A stretch of DNA of 64,000 bases from an uncultured Verrucomicrobiae bacterium (GCA_963707025.1 CAVPOM010000018.1:320001-384000); one strand, 5' to 3'. Positions 27,298 through 38,376 are shown, counted from the stretch's first letter. Notes: generated by a model not told the origin, from the letters alone. Numbers and translations: made by a program.

Positions 27298-30200
27298 TCA
27301 CTGCGCCGGCGCCAGGCTGGCGGCCAGCCGGTAGAACACGCTGGCTCCCGGCGTCTGGCCGACCGTGAAGAAACCGCTGCCGTCATTGGTGTTGAGCGCG
27401 GGCCTGTTGGTCAGCGTGACCCAGGCGGGATTGACCAGGGTGGCGGAGGACTGGAGTTGGTAAACGCGCCCGGCCTGGTCAGGCGCAAAGGTGACCGTCA
27501 CATTAGTGGAGGGTCCGGGCGTGACCAGGAATTGCAGTTGACTCGAACTGGAGGTGGGGTCGGTGCCCAGCACATATTCCGCGTAATTGGAATAGCCGTC
27601 GCCATCAGGGTCGGCGGAAGCCCCGGCGATGGCGGCGTTGGTGGCGTTCGCGCCGAAATAGAAATTAGCCCACCAGGCCGGCACGGCGCCGCTGGCCGGA
27701 ACGTCCTGGGACAGCTCGTAAGCCCAGCGCACGCCATTGGCCACCACGCTGGTCGTGGGGTCGCCGGAGTCGTTGCGGATGGTGAGGTTGCCCTTGGTGC
27801 CGGTGGCAAAATATATTCCCGTGACCAGCGGCTGCCAACCGCCGCCGTTGATGGTTTGATTGACATAGGCCAGGACCACGTTCGTCCCGCCGTTGGCAAC
27901 CATTGGCGTATTGCTGGAGAATGCCCCGGGCTTGGTGGGATACCAGATGGATACATCGTAAAGGCCCGCCACCATAATGTTCGGCGAATAAGCGGCCGAG
28001 GCCGTCGGGCTCCCGGCGACACCCTGGACATATTCGTAGTTGGCCGACCCGAAAATGCCCTGCGCCACCGAGCCGATGGTCCATCCGCTGCCCGAATAGT
28101 CCGCGTCCATTGTGCCGAGCGTCAGCGAAGAGGTCGTGGAGAACGTTCCGTTGGTCGTGTATAAAACCGACGGAAACGCGTTCTCGATGGTGACCACCGA
28201 CCCGTTGGTCACGTCCACCGCCGCCAACGCCGGCGTCATGGATCGGGCTTGGAAGACGTAGTTGGTATCCGGGATAAGCCCCGTCAACAGGACCACGTGG
28301 CGGTTGGTGGGCGTCAGATTCAAGTACGACACGTTGCTGGTGGTGGTCAATCCGTAATCCACCTGGGACGTGGTGTTGGAGACCGTGTTCCAAGTGATGA
28401 AGACGCCGGTAACTCCCGCCACCACCGTCAGGTTGGCAAACGGCGTCAGCGCGCTCACGGTCGTTACCACCTTGGCGCTGTTGTTGCCGAAACTGCTGTC
28501 CGCCAGGCTGTCCCCCGCCACCGCCGTATTGGTCGCCTTGCCGGCGGTGAGCGCCGTGGCCAGGACGGTCACGCTGGCCCCCTGGCCGTTGGACAGGGTG
28601 CCGATGTTGAAGATGATCGTGTTCTGGTTGGCGCTGTAAGTCAGGCCCAGCGGCAGCGACACCCCCGCAAAGGCCAGGGCCGCCGGCAGCGTATTGGTCA
28701 GCGCCACACTCGTCGCCCGCACCGGCCCCTGGTTCACCACGTTCAGGGTATAGGCCACCGTTTGGCCCACCATGATCGCAGCGGGACTGCCGGTCATGGT
28801 CAAAGACACGTCGGGCGCGTCCACCGCCGTCGGCTCCGTCGCCATGTTATTCGCCGGATTGGCATCCGGCACCAAGTTGCCCACCACCGCCACATTGGGA
28901 ACCCGCCCAACGGACAGACCCGTGGCGGTGATGACCACCAACCCGCTCTCGCCGGGGAGCAACGGCTCATCCAACGTGGCGATAATATCCGTCTGGCCAT
29001 TGGTGCCGGGGTCCGGACCGGCCGTGTAAGCTCCTTTGCGCACGCTGACGCTGGCCAATTGCAGGCTGGGCGGCAGGAAATTCGTCACCGCCACCCCAAA
29101 AGCCGGCACCGGCCCCAAATTGGTGAAGTTGAGCGTGTAAGTCACCACATCCCCCACCGTCATGAACGCGGGCGAGCCGGTCATGCCAATCGCCAGGTCG
29201 GCCGGCACGACAAAATTGGTCGCCACACCGAAGTTATTGGTGATGGTGGGATCAACTATCCCCAGCGCAATCGAACTGCACGTGACCGGGCCGAATCCCG
29301 AGAAAGGCGGCGGCAGCGCCGCCACCGCCGTCAGCCCAAAGACCACGGTCTGCCCGTTGGTCATCGTTCCTATACTCACCACCACGTCATTCTGGCCGGC
29401 ATTGGTAAAGTAGCTTCCTCCAGGCGGCAGCGTCACGCCTGTCAAGGCAAGGCTCCCCGAAAACAGGTTCGACACATAAACCCCCAGCGCCGTCACCGGC
29501 CCCTGGTTGCTCACCGTCACCGTGTAAGTTACCGGTGGCGCCCCATAGCCGATCTGGGCGGGCGAGCCGGTGATCGCCAAATTCAAATCAGCCCCAAGGA
29601 TCGTCGCCGCCAGGCCGGTGAAGTTGTTGTTGGTAAACAGATCCAACACTCCCGGGCCGGGTGTGATCGCGGCAAAGTTGGTCGCGTTGCCAATCCCCAC
29701 CGCCGTCGTCCGCACCAGGATGGTGGCGGTGCCCTTGAGCGGCAGCGCCCCCACCTGCCAGGTCAGGGTATTGCCGTTCAGCACATAGTTCTGCTTGACT
29801 CCGTTGTTCGTCGGGAAGGCCAGGACCACGCTCACCTCGGACGGAAAAACATCCGTCACGCTGGCCGCCGTAACCGCGCTCGGGCCGGCATTGCTCACCG
29901 TCAGGAAGTAATTGATCACCGACCCAATCTGCAAAATGTTGGTCGTATTGATCAGGACCGAGGTGATGGACACGTCGGCCAGTCCTTTGAGCACCACCGG
30001 CGCCACCGTGATATCCAACTTGTTGGTCTTGCCGTCGGGATTCCCGCCGCCGCTTCCAGAATTATCCGCCCAGACCGGGTAGAAAGTCCCCCCGTAAAAC
30101 GCCAGGCCGGTATCATCCCCAAAATCCGTCGGACTGATGGCGTAAGGCGCATAGTAACCGTTGGTGGTGAACTTGGAACTGGTGACGTTGACATTCTTCT

Positions 30201-31646
30201 GGAAAGACGCCCCCCCATCCAGGCTCACCGTGGCGTACATCATCGCCGATTGGTTGGCGATCCCGGTCACCGTCCCGGAGAGGTTGGTGCTGAAATTAGT
30301 GCTGAGGGCATTGGCGGTGAGGGTGTTGGCGGCGGCGTTGGTCACGTAAGTGGGGTTGCCGTTGGTTATTACATAGTTTGTATTGCCGTTGTTGAGGATC
30401 GGGTTCCCATTGGTGTCCACGTCAATGGCATTCATTAACGTCGTAGAGGTCACGATGGCCCCCATGTCGTTGCGGCAGTCATACCAACTCAGCGCCAGCA
30501 CCCCATCGGTTGGGTCCACCGCCACCCGCGGCAAAAACCGGCTGTTCGTGCCCACGTCATTGGCCGCCAACTGCATGCTCCAGGTCTGCCCGTTATCCAT
30601 CGAGGAATTCAGATAAATCGCCGTGTTGGTGAAGTCTCCGCCGGCTCCCGGCCCCGCGCACACCAGGTAAACCCGGCCATAATTTGGACTCAGCGGACTG
30701 GTGTCCCACGCCAGTCCCGACGCCGCGTTAATCCCCTGTCCATCCGGCGTCGCCGGAAGCAGCGTGTTGCCGCCCAGCGCATTTTCCGCCGCCGCCACCG
30801 CCGGATTAAACGGGTCAGGTCCCAAACCGTCCGGGTCCACGCTCACGTAATTGGTCGCCGTGCCGGCCGCGTCGAACAGGTTTTGATAGACCGCCATCAC
30901 CTGCCCCTGCGGGCCCACCGCGATGTCCCCAAAACCGCAGTTATTGGTCGAACCCGGCACAATCTCCGCCGGTCCGAAGGTCCCAAAGGCATTGGTTCCC
31001 GTCACCGCCGCCCCTTGCGCCACCAGCGGACTGAAAGCCAGGCTGAAATCCTTGTACAGCACCCAAACGCTGCCCATGTTCGTCCCGCCGGCCGCGATCC
31101 TGGCTCCAAGACAAAATCCCCCGTCGCCAGGTTGGTCAAGCCGCTGGCATAATTGGTCAGCACGCTAAAATTGGTCCCGCCGTTGGTGCTCACCGCCACA
31201 TCAATCCCCGACCCTTGCGCCGCGCCATCCACGTAGGCCAGGAACAAATTCCCCAAACCGTCCCACGCCACCGCCGGATACGCCCCCGCCGGCAGATTGC
31301 CCAGCGAAACCGCCGTCCAATTGCTCCCGCCGTTAATACTCAGAGCGCCGAAAAGCCCGGCCTCCACGTTCGTGTTCGCCGCGATAAACATTTGCGCCGG
31401 ATTCTGCGGATTGTAGGCAATGACTCCGTCCGATTCGTTCCCCTTCACCTTGGTCACATCAAAGTTCCCCGCCGCAGTGTTCAACGTCAACTGCCCTTGC
31501 GCCGCCCCGCTCCAGAGCACCGCCAAAACCGCGGCCAGCCCCGCCAGCCGCCGCGCCCCGCCGCCGCCTCCCCGCTCCCGCCAAAAGAACCCGGTGCAAG
31601 TGCTGGCAACCGGAACCGCAATCCAACGATGGTCAAAAGTTTTCAT
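27298..31646 (-). CDS. Large secreted protein: BNR/sialidase-like propeller, DUF11 repeats, FN3-like and C-terminal domains (frameshift near 31100)
   Basis: S.NGG..W/F Asp-boxes; about four (Y/F)T.TV.N.GP...NN DUF11 units; DPDGDGYSNYAEYVLGTDP; VFYRL terminus. ORFs 31002-31718 and 27298-31077 join as LEP-RIAAGGTNMGS if one base is added. Confidence 0.8.
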
Positions 31647-31754
31647 AGATTTCCAATAATCTCCTTCCAGCGCAACGGCGGCCTGCCGCGCCTCTCGCAG
31701 GCTCACGGTCATTGGCAACGCCGGTTTGCAACATATTGCGACCGATCCATCCGT

Positions 31755-33419
31755 TCATCCACACTCCGGGCAATATGCCGCCACCATCGGCTGAACGGCC
31801 ACTCCGCGCCCCGCCCCCGCTTCCGCCCCCGCCGCGGCATTCCGGGCCAGGCACGCCAACAACCCGTCCAACTTCTCCCGCGAATACTCGCCCATCAGGC
31901 AAATCTGAATCCAATTCCGCTGCCGCAGATAATCGCTGTTGCAACTCAGCAGAAAACCGGCCTGTTCCAACCGCTGCGCCAACTCCAGGCCGCTCTGACC
32001 CGGCGCCGCCGCCAGCGTGATCACCCCGGCCATCGCTTCGGTGTCCGGCGTGATCAGGTTCAAGCCCAGCCCGCGCAACCGCCCCCGCAGCCAGGCCGAA
32101 TCCTCCGCCAGTTGCGCGTACTTCTTGGGCCAATCCACCCGCCGCAACGCCGCATCCAGCGCCTGCACCAAGTTGGACGAATGCGTAAAGGCGATCCCCT
32201 GGTGCTCGGCGTACCAACCCAAATCCAAATACCGCGGCAAGCGCGTCGAATGGCTGATGGTGTGATTGTAAAAAACCATGCACAAGCCCGGATAGGCCGC
32301 CAATCCCTTCCCGCTCGCCGCCGCGGCCATATACACCCCGGCTAAATTCACCGGACCCATTCCCACCGAACTGATGCAATCCGCGCACAGTTTGATCCGC
32401 CGCTTGCCACAGAGCGACTGCAGCGGGGAAAGCGGATTCAACATCCCCGTCGAAGTCTCCCCGTGCGCAAACCAGAGCCATCCCACCGCCGGCGAACGGG
32501 ACAAAAACTGCTGGATCGCCGGCATGTCAAACGCCTCCCCCCAGGGAAATTTCAACGTGTCGAACGTCAGCCCAAACCGCCGCGCGTGGTCCACCAGCCG
32601 CTCGCCAAACTCCCCGTTGCTCAAGACCAGTCCCGGCTTCTCCTGCAACGACAACTGCGCCGCCACCGTGTCATTGGCCAGCGTCCCGGAACCCAGCAGG
32701 ATTTGCGCCTGGCGCGCCCCGGTCAACTGGCAGAGCCGCTGGCGGATCCTTTGAAACTCCGCCACAAAACGATCCGAGCGGTGCGACTCCGCCTGCCGCT
32801 CAAAGGCCTTGCGCACCTCCCGGTGGATGCTGACCGGTCCCGGTAAAAAACTGGCCGGCCCGGGCAAATTGACCGGCATGCTGAAGAACTCCTCCGCCTT
32901 CTTCTCAAATCCCTCCAGCGTCAAATACATCGGCTGAAACATCGCCTCGCCCTTGCCCACCAGCGGTCCAAAGGGCACAAAGCCCAAATGCCGGTAAAGC
33001 TTCTGCTGGCGCGTCGTGCCCGAAATGATCGCCATGTTAAAGCCCCGCTCCGTCCCATACTGCCACATCAGCGAGATGATGCCACGGAAGACCTGGCTGT
33101 TGCGAAAATCCTTCTCCACCGCCAGCAAGCGCACCTCGCAAGGCCTCCGCCCGGGCGGCAAAAACGAATCCAAATTCGCCAGCTTTTGATCCAGAGAAAA
33201 GGGCCGCCGCCCCCGCGCCGCCAGCATGCCCACCACCCGGTTTCCGGCCACGCAGATCAGGTAAGTGTTCTCCTCGTGGAACTTGTCCACCAGACGCGGC
33301 TGCTCCGCCGGTTGATGCTGCGGAATCTCCTCCACAAATGTCCGGTAATTCAACTCGTGAATCTGCTCAAATTCCCAATCCTCTGTGGCTATCTTGAACT
33401 GTAAAGCGCTCGTGCTCAT
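31755..33419 (-). CDS. Fusion of a GNAT-fold acyltransferase and a class V PLP-dependent enzyme
   Basis: N-terminal EQIHELNYRTFVEE...EVRLLAVEKDFR; C-terminal FLPGPV, GSGTLAN, NGEFGERL, HGETSTGMLN, DCISS, SGKGL (PLP lysine). Confidence 0.85.
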   Translation of the reverse strand: MSTSALQFKIATEDWEFEQIHELNYRTFVEEIPQHQPAEQPRLVDKFHEENTYLICVAGNRVVGMLAARGRRPFSLDQKLANLDSFLPPGRRPCEVRLLAVEKDFRNSQVFRGIISLMWQYGTERGFNMAIISGTTRQQKLYRHLGFVPFGPLVGKGEAMFQPMYLTLEGFEKKAEEFFSMPVNLPGPASFLPGPVSIHREVRKAFERQAESHRSDRFVAEFQRIRQRLCQLTGARQAQILLGSGTLANDTVAAQLSLQEKPGLVLSNGEFGERLVDHARRFGLTFDTLKFPWGEAFDMPAIQQFLSRSPAVGWLWFAHGETSTGMLNPLSPLQSLCGKRRIKLCADCISSVGMGPVNLAGVYMAAAASGKGLAAYPGLCMVFYNHTISHSTRLPRYLDLGWYAEHQGIAFTHSSNLVQALDAALRRVDWPKKYAQLAEDSAWLRGRLRGLGLNLITPDTEAMAGVITLAAAPGQSGLELAQRLEQAGFLLSCNSDYLRQRNWIQICLMGEYSREKLDGLLACLARNAAAGAEAGAGRGVAVQPMVAAYCPECG

Positions 33420-34096
33420 AATTCTTTGACAGATTGATCTGATTGCGGCCCCACACCCCGCCGGGTCCATAGCTCGGCGATTCCGTCCACCACATTGCGA
33501 TGATGCGCCAGGATGATCAATCCGGCAAGAACGGAAATGCCCCAGATTTGCGCCTCGTCCCGGCCCAGCCACCAACCGGCGGCCGGCAACAACGCAAACG
33601 CCCCCAGGCTCGCCGCCACCGGCCGGCGCGTCCCCGCCAGTCCCCCGGCAAAAACAACGCCATAAATCAACGCCAGCCGCCAGTCGTAAATCAACAAACC
33701 CGCCAACGAAGTCGAAACCCCCTTGCCGCCGCGCAACCCCAATTGCGCCGGCCAGATATGTCCGGCCACCACGGCCAGCCAGGCCAGCAACACCAGCCGC
33801 TCGTTGCCCGTCCAGGCCAGCGCCGCCCACACCGCCAGCACGCCCTTGGCCAGATCCCCCGCCAGCGTCCACATAAACCCCCTCCGCCCCAGCACCCGCC
33901 CCGCGTTGCGCGCCCCCGTGCTCCCGCTCCCCAGTTCCCGGATATCCTGGCCCGTCCGCTGGCGCACCACATAATAGCCCGTCGAAAAACACCCCAATGC
34001 ATAACTGCCCCCCGCCACTCCCAGCACCACCAGGGGCGACACTCCTGCGCCGAAAAATGTTTCCATCAATGACATTTGCAGTTGTTCCGCCATCAT
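33416..34096 (-). CDS. PlsY-like acyltransferase (divergent)
   Basis: DIRELGSGSTGARNAGR, DLAKG, GHIWP, GGKGVST, HHRN; its stop overlaps the next ATG. Start uncertain (34096 or 34066). Confidence 0.85.
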   Translation of the reverse strand: MMAEQLQMSLMETFFGAGVSPLVVLGVAGGSYALGCFSTGYYVVRQRTGQDIRELGSGSTGARNAGRVLGRRGFMWTLAGDLAKGVLAVWAALAWTGNERLVLLAWLAVVAGHIWPAQLGLRGGKGVSTSLAGLLIYDWRLALIYGVVFAGGLAGTRRPVAASLGAFALLPAAGWWLGRDEAQIWGISVLAGLIILAHHRNVVDGIAELWTRRGVGPQSDQSVKEL

Positions 34097-34346
34097 GCTG
34101 TCAAATCCCAGTGTATGCTTCCTGGCCAAAGTTGAAAGAATATAATTTACCCTCACCATCATCTTTTCTAAAACCTGCCCGCCCCTGGCAAAACCGCCCC
34201 ATCTCGCATCGCCACAGGCCATGGCTTGGCGGGCGCCGGCAGCCCCGCCCGCCCTGCCCCGCCTCACGCCGGGCGGCCGCTCTTTAATCTCCCCGGCCGC
34301 GGCGCCTGGGCTTGATCCTGCGCCTTATTCTGATACGGTTTTTTCC

Positions 34347-36131
34347 ATGAGCGCCCCCGAAGATTCCAAAGATCATCGTCTCCTTGACACCATTCCGCCG
34401 GGAACCCGCCGCCGGACCGGTTCTCTCTCTTTCTTTTTGCTGTCCGGCATTCTCGTGGCGGCGGCCAATGCCAGGGAGCCGGTTTATGCCACCAATGGGA
34501 TGGTGGTCGCCCAGGAGCCGCTCGCCGCCGAGGCCGGCTTGAAGGTGTTGCAAGACGGCGGCAATGCCATTGACGCCGCCGTGGCCACCGCCTTCGCCCT
34601 GGCCGTGACTTATCCGGCGGCCGGCAACATCGGCGGCGGCGGATTCATGACCCTCCGCATGGCCGATGGACGCACCGCCTTCCTGGATTTCCGCGAGAAA
34701 GCTCCGGGCAAGGCCAGCCATGATATGTACCTGGACCCCGCCGCCGCCACCCAAAGCACCCAGGGTTGGCGCGCCGCCGGCGTTCCGGGCACAGTCCGCG
34801 GACTCCAATTGGCCTGGACCCGCTACGGGAGCAGGACCAAGTCCTGGGCCGCCCTCATCCAGCCTGCCATAAATCTCGCCACCGACGGTTACAAGCTCTC
34901 CGCCGCCAACGCCGCCTCTCTGGCCGCCGGCGCAGCCAGGCTGAAAATGGATCCCGAATCGGAAAAAATCTTCCTGGCCGGCGGCCCTGGTTTTGCCGCC
35001 GGCGCCCTCCTGCGCCAGCCGGACTTGGGACGCACCCTGGCCCGCATCGCGGCCGGCCCCGATGATTTCTACACCGGCCAAACGGCGCGGCTTCTGGCCG
35101 CGGCCATGGCCGCCCACGGCGGCCTCATCACGCTGGATGACCTGCGCGCCTACCAGGCCGTCGAGCGCAAACCTCTGGAAGGCGATTACCACGGCTGCCA
35201 CCTCATTACCGCGCCGCCCCCCAGCTCCGGCGGCGTCTGTCTCCTGCAAATGCTCGGCATGCTCGACGCCACCGCCTACACCAATGCGGGCCAGGGTTCA
35301 GCCCGCAGTTATCACTTCCTGGCCGAAGTCATGCGCCGGGCCTTCGCCGATCGGATGGAATACCTGGGCGACCCCGAATTCATGATGCCCCCCATGGCCA
35401 AACTGCTCAATCCCGCTTACCTGAAAAATCGCGCGGCCAGCATCTCGCCGGACAGCGCCACCCCCACCGCAGCCGTCAAGCCGGGCCTGTTCACAGCCAC
35501 CGAAGGCACCGACACCACCCACTTCGATATCTTTGACAAGGACGGCAATGCCGTCGCCGTCACTTACACCTTGAATCTGGGATTCGGCAGCGGCGTCACC
35601 GTGCCCGGCGCCGGCTTCCTCCTCAACGACGAGATGGACGACTTCGCCACCCGGCCCGGCTTCCCGGATTCCTTCGGCATTATCCAGGGCGAGAAAAATG
35701 CCGTTGCCCCCAACAAACGACCGCTTTCCTCCATGTCCCCGACCATCGTTTTGAAGGACAACAAGCCATTCCTCATCCTCGGCGCTCCCGGCGGCGGCAG
35801 GATCATCACCGCGGTGCTCCAAGTCATTCTCAACGTTATTGACCACGGCATGTCCGCCCAGCAGGCCGTGGATTTTCCGAGAATTCATCACCTGTGGAAC
35901 CCCGTCCCCCAGGACGACTGGCTCCAAGTCGAGGCTTCCCTGCCGCCGGAGACGATCACCCAACTGAAAAACATGGGCTACAAAATCAAGGACCGCTCGC
36001 CGATCGTCGCCGCCCGTGTTGAGGCCATCCTGATCAACCCCAATTTCTGGAAGGAGCGCCCTCCCGTCCAGGCCTGGATTGAAGGCGCGCACGACGCCAC
36101 CCGCGGCGACGGCAAAGCCGCCGGTTACTGA
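34347..36131 (+). CDS. ggt: Gamma-glutamyltransferase
   Basis: GGNAIDAAVA, GNIGGGGFM, DFREKAP, TTHF nucleophile, LNDEMDDF, RPLSSMSP, GAPGG. Confidence 0.95.
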   Translation: MSAPEDSKDHRLLDTIPPGTRRRTGSLSFFLLSGILVAAANAREPVYATNGMVVAQEPLAAEAGLKVLQDGGNAIDAAVATAFALAVTYPAAGNIGGGGFMTLRMADGRTAFLDFREKAPGKASHDMYLDPAAATQSTQGWRAAGVPGTVRGLQLAWTRYGSRTKSWAALIQPAINLATDGYKLSAANAASLAAGAARLKMDPESEKIFLAGGPGFAAGALLRQPDLGRTLARIAAGPDDFYTGQTARLLAAAMAAHGGLITLDDLRAYQAVERKPLEGDYHGCHLITAPPPSSGGVCLLQMLGMLDATAYTNAGQGSARSYHFLAEVMRRAFADRMEYLGDPEFMMPPMAKLLNPAYLKNRAASISPDSATPTAAVKPGLFTATEGTDTTHFDIFDKDGNAVAVTYTLNLGFGSGVTVPGAGFLLNDEMDDFATRPGFPDSFGIIQGEKNAVAPNKRPLSSMSPTIVLKDNKPFLILGAPGGGRIITAVLQVILNVIDHGMSAQQAVDFPRIHHLWNPVPQDDWLQVEASLPPETITQLKNMGYKIKDRSPIVAARVEAILINPNFWKERPPVQAWIEGAHDATRGDGKAAGY

Positions 36132-36135
36132 CCGC

Positions 36136-36160
36136 TGTAGCGGCGGTCTATGACCGTCGC
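36136..36160. repeat. REP-like hairpin after ggt
   Basis: tgtagcggcggtctatgaccgtcgc: GTAG tetranucleotide followed by a palindrome. Confidence 0.55.
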
Positions 36161-36218
36161 ATTCCTTTTCATGCGCCTTTGATAAGCAACACGGATTGCC
36201 GCGGTCTGCGCCGTCTGC

Positions 36219-36387
36219 GAGAAGTACCGGAGCGGAAAAAAAAGCCGAAATCACCAGCCGCGTCGCCGCCGACTTCACCGGCTGGGACAAAGACAAGGCC
36301 AAATTTGAGGCGCAGCTTGAAAAGGTCATCCAAGCCCTCCGCGCCTACGCCACCGGCCGCGAACTCCCTCCCAAGCCGCGACTCTGG
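36219..36387 (+). pseudogene. C-terminal fragment resembling pentapeptide-repeat/TIR-domain proteins
   Basis: [42 protein letters not shown]...RELPPKPRL with no start codon or N-terminal part; family recognised from memory. Confidence 0.5.
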
Positions 36388-36484
36388 CGCGGTTTAAAGA
36401 AAACTGTGGCCAGACAAGGCAAACCAGCTCATCGCGTCCTGGCGAGGTGTTATGGCTGCAGTTTTATTGAAAATGCTCTAATCT
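36385..36484. mobile_element. About 100-bp palindromic MITE-like element, copy 1
   Basis: gcggtttaaagaaaactgtggcca...tggctgcagttttattgaaaatgctctaa; imperfect inverted repeat; direct repeat of 36599-36697. Confidence 0.65.
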
Positions 36485-36495
36485 GAACAGTCTAA

Positions 36496-36542
36496 AATTT
36501 ATTCTGCCCACATTGAAAGCTGCAATGTGGGCAGAATAAATT
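36496..36542. repeat. Perfect 20-bp inverted repeat
   Basis: aatttattctgcccacattg-aaagctg-caatgtgggcagaataaatt. Confidence 0.8.
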
Positions 36543-36598
36543 CAATCTCGTCATTTGTCGAGAAAAATATGGAGTTGGAGGTCATGCGCCCGAATCAT

Positions 36599-36697
36599 TA
36601 AAGCGGTTTCAAGAAAACTGTAGCCACACGAGGTAAACCAGTTCATCGCCTTCTGGCGACGTGTTATGGCTACAGTTCTGTTGAAAATGCTCTAATC
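36599..36697. mobile_element. About 100-bp palindromic MITE-like element, copy 2
   Basis: taaagcggtttcaagaaaactgtagcca...tggctacagttctgttgaaaatgctctaa. Confidence 0.65.
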
Positions 36698-36763
36698 GTT
36701 TTCTCATTTATGATTCTGTCCCGCCATGGTTTCCTGTCCTCCGACTTGTCCTCCGTAAGCCCC

Positions 36764-36945
36764 GTGGAGGAGGAAGGCCATGCGAAGGAGGAAGGCCCGG
36801 CGAAGGAGAATGCCAAAAAGCTCGCATTTGCCGTTGACAATATCTATATAGCCCGTATTGTTGCATAGTGGAGATGGGCCAGGACAGAAAAGTAGGACGG
36901 CGGCGGGACCAGGACGGGTTTCCCGGCGCTCCATGCGACATGCTC
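36764..36945 (+). repeat. Promoter-hairpin element copy A (5' part only)
   Basis: TTGACA(36834)-N16-TATTGT, then catagtggagatgggccaggacagaaaagtaggacggcggcgggaccaggacgggtttcccggcgct; near-identical to 40091-40270. Confidence 0.85.
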
Positions 36946-37258
36946 AAAGCCAACCCCATTTCTGGCTGAGGGCCCTACTCCTAAAATTCAAGTTTTCATT
37001 TCGCTTTGTCGGGTGCTCCAAACATCCTTGCCGGATCATAATCGGTGTCTTGGCTCATCAGAAAACCATAGCTGAAGCTGAAGGGCCGGGTAACCGTCGT
37101 CTGAACCACCTCGGGATCAGGCGCACCGTTGATGATTTGAAGCGTTGTGCTGGAGGTTTGAGCGCAGAGTGGATTTGACGATGCGTCTGACACCTGCTCC
37201 GCAGGCAGTGTTCGCCCGTTCTTTGCTCGACTCGACTGGTTCGCTCTGGCTCTTCAGT

Positions 37259-38368
37259 TCACGGAACTTGGGCCAGCACAACCCGGAACCCAATGGAGTC
37301 AAGCGCTGAGCTTGGGTCTATTCCGCCCCAGCGAGCGGCTGCCCGTTCTCCCACGGCGCCGACGTACCACCAACCGCCGCGGAGGGTGCGGGTCGAGCCC
37401 GTCGCAGACCCCTGCGGGTCGACGACAGTCCCAGTGGGATAAGGCCCGTACCAGTCCTGACACCACTCCAAAACGTTCCCGATCATGTCATACAATCCCC
37501 AGCCGTTCGGGGCATAGCTTCCTACCGCGGTCGTTATCCCAAGGTAGATTCCGCTCGGATCATAGATGTCGCCCACCGAGGCATCGTATCCGTATGTGCC
37601 ATAGAAATTTGCCTGGCCCGAGTATAACCCGCTCCCCAAATAAAACGCCGTCGTCGTGCCGGCGCGAGCCGCATACTCCCACTCCGATTCGGTCGGCAAC
37701 CGATACACATAGTTGGTGGGAATTAAACCTTCCGCTCGCTCCAGTTGCGTCCGCAGCGCGCAATAGTTGGATGCATCATACCAACTCGTTTGCTCTACCG
37801 GTTGAAGTAGTTCGTTGGCAATCGCGCTCCCACTGCCGCCGTTAATTGCGCCGGTTACGCCGTTAAGCATATCGCTCGGGTTGCTTCCCACCACTGCGAG
37901 ATAATCCCCTTCCGTCACCAAAAACTTCTCCATCCAAAAACCCCGGCTGATAATCACGGTGTGCTGAACTTCGTCCGAAGACCGCTCCGCCTCGTTCGTC
38001 GGGCTGCCCATCGTGAACGTCCCCGGCTGGATGAATACCAAGTTGGTGTCCGCTGGTGTAGGAACTGATACGGCACGATAAAACCGCTGGGCCGGCGCGG
38101 GTTGCGATGGGTCAATCCAAACATCGCTGACGCCAGTTATTTGCAGCAGCGTCCGAGCCACCCAAACATTTGTGGAGGAAAGGTCAGAGGCGTATTGGAT
38201 GGAGTAAACACCGCCCACCGTTCCTTTCAGGCTCAGCGTCGGCTGACCGGAGGACAATTCAAGACCAAGATTGGGTCGAGTTTGAGCAGAGACCGGTGGC
38301 GCCACGGCCCAAACGACAAAGAACACGAAAGAGTGGAATCGAACAAGTTTTAAGCATGCCGTCTTCAT
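37259..38368 (-). CDS. Secreted FGE-sulfatase (SUMF1/CLec-fold) domain protein
   Basis: IQPGTFTMGSP, PVEQTSWYDA, YRLPTESEWEYAARAG, PNGWGLYDMIGNVLEWCQD, RGG.W, IGFRVV; signal peptide. Confidence 0.92.
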   Translation of the reverse strand: MKTACLKLVRFHSFVFFVVWAVAPPVSAQTRPNLGLELSSGQPTLSLKGTVGGVYSIQYASDLSSTNVWVARTLLQITGVSDVWIDPSQPAPAQRFYRAVSVPTPADTNLVFIQPGTFTMGSPTNEAERSSDEVQHTVIISRGFWMEKFLVTEGDYLAVVGSNPSDMLNGVTGAINGGSGSAIANELLQPVEQTSWYDASNYCALRTQLERAEGLIPTNYVYRLPTESEWEYAARAGTTTAFYLGSGLYSGQANFYGTYGYDASVGDIYDPSGIYLGITTAVGSYAPNGWGLYDMIGNVLEWCQDWYGPYPTGTVVDPQGSATGSTRTLRGGWWYVGAVGERAAARWGGIDPSSALDSIGFRVVLAQVP

Positions 38369-38376
38369 AAAAACTT

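Noticed and set aside
36385..36697. Repeats as a CRISPR array or integron attC sites
   Set aside because: Only two ~100-bp units, no regular spacers, no cas or intI gene, and no clear RYYYAAC/GTTRRRY ends.
36996..37193. 65-aa ORF downstream of the FGE gene
   Set aside because: No motif or ribosome-binding site, and competing ORFs on both strands; not supportable.
37259..37400. FGE-sulfatase C-terminus as a diversity-generating retroelement variable region
   Set aside because: No template repeat differing at adenines and no reverse transcriptase seen in the window; a remote element cannot be excluded.
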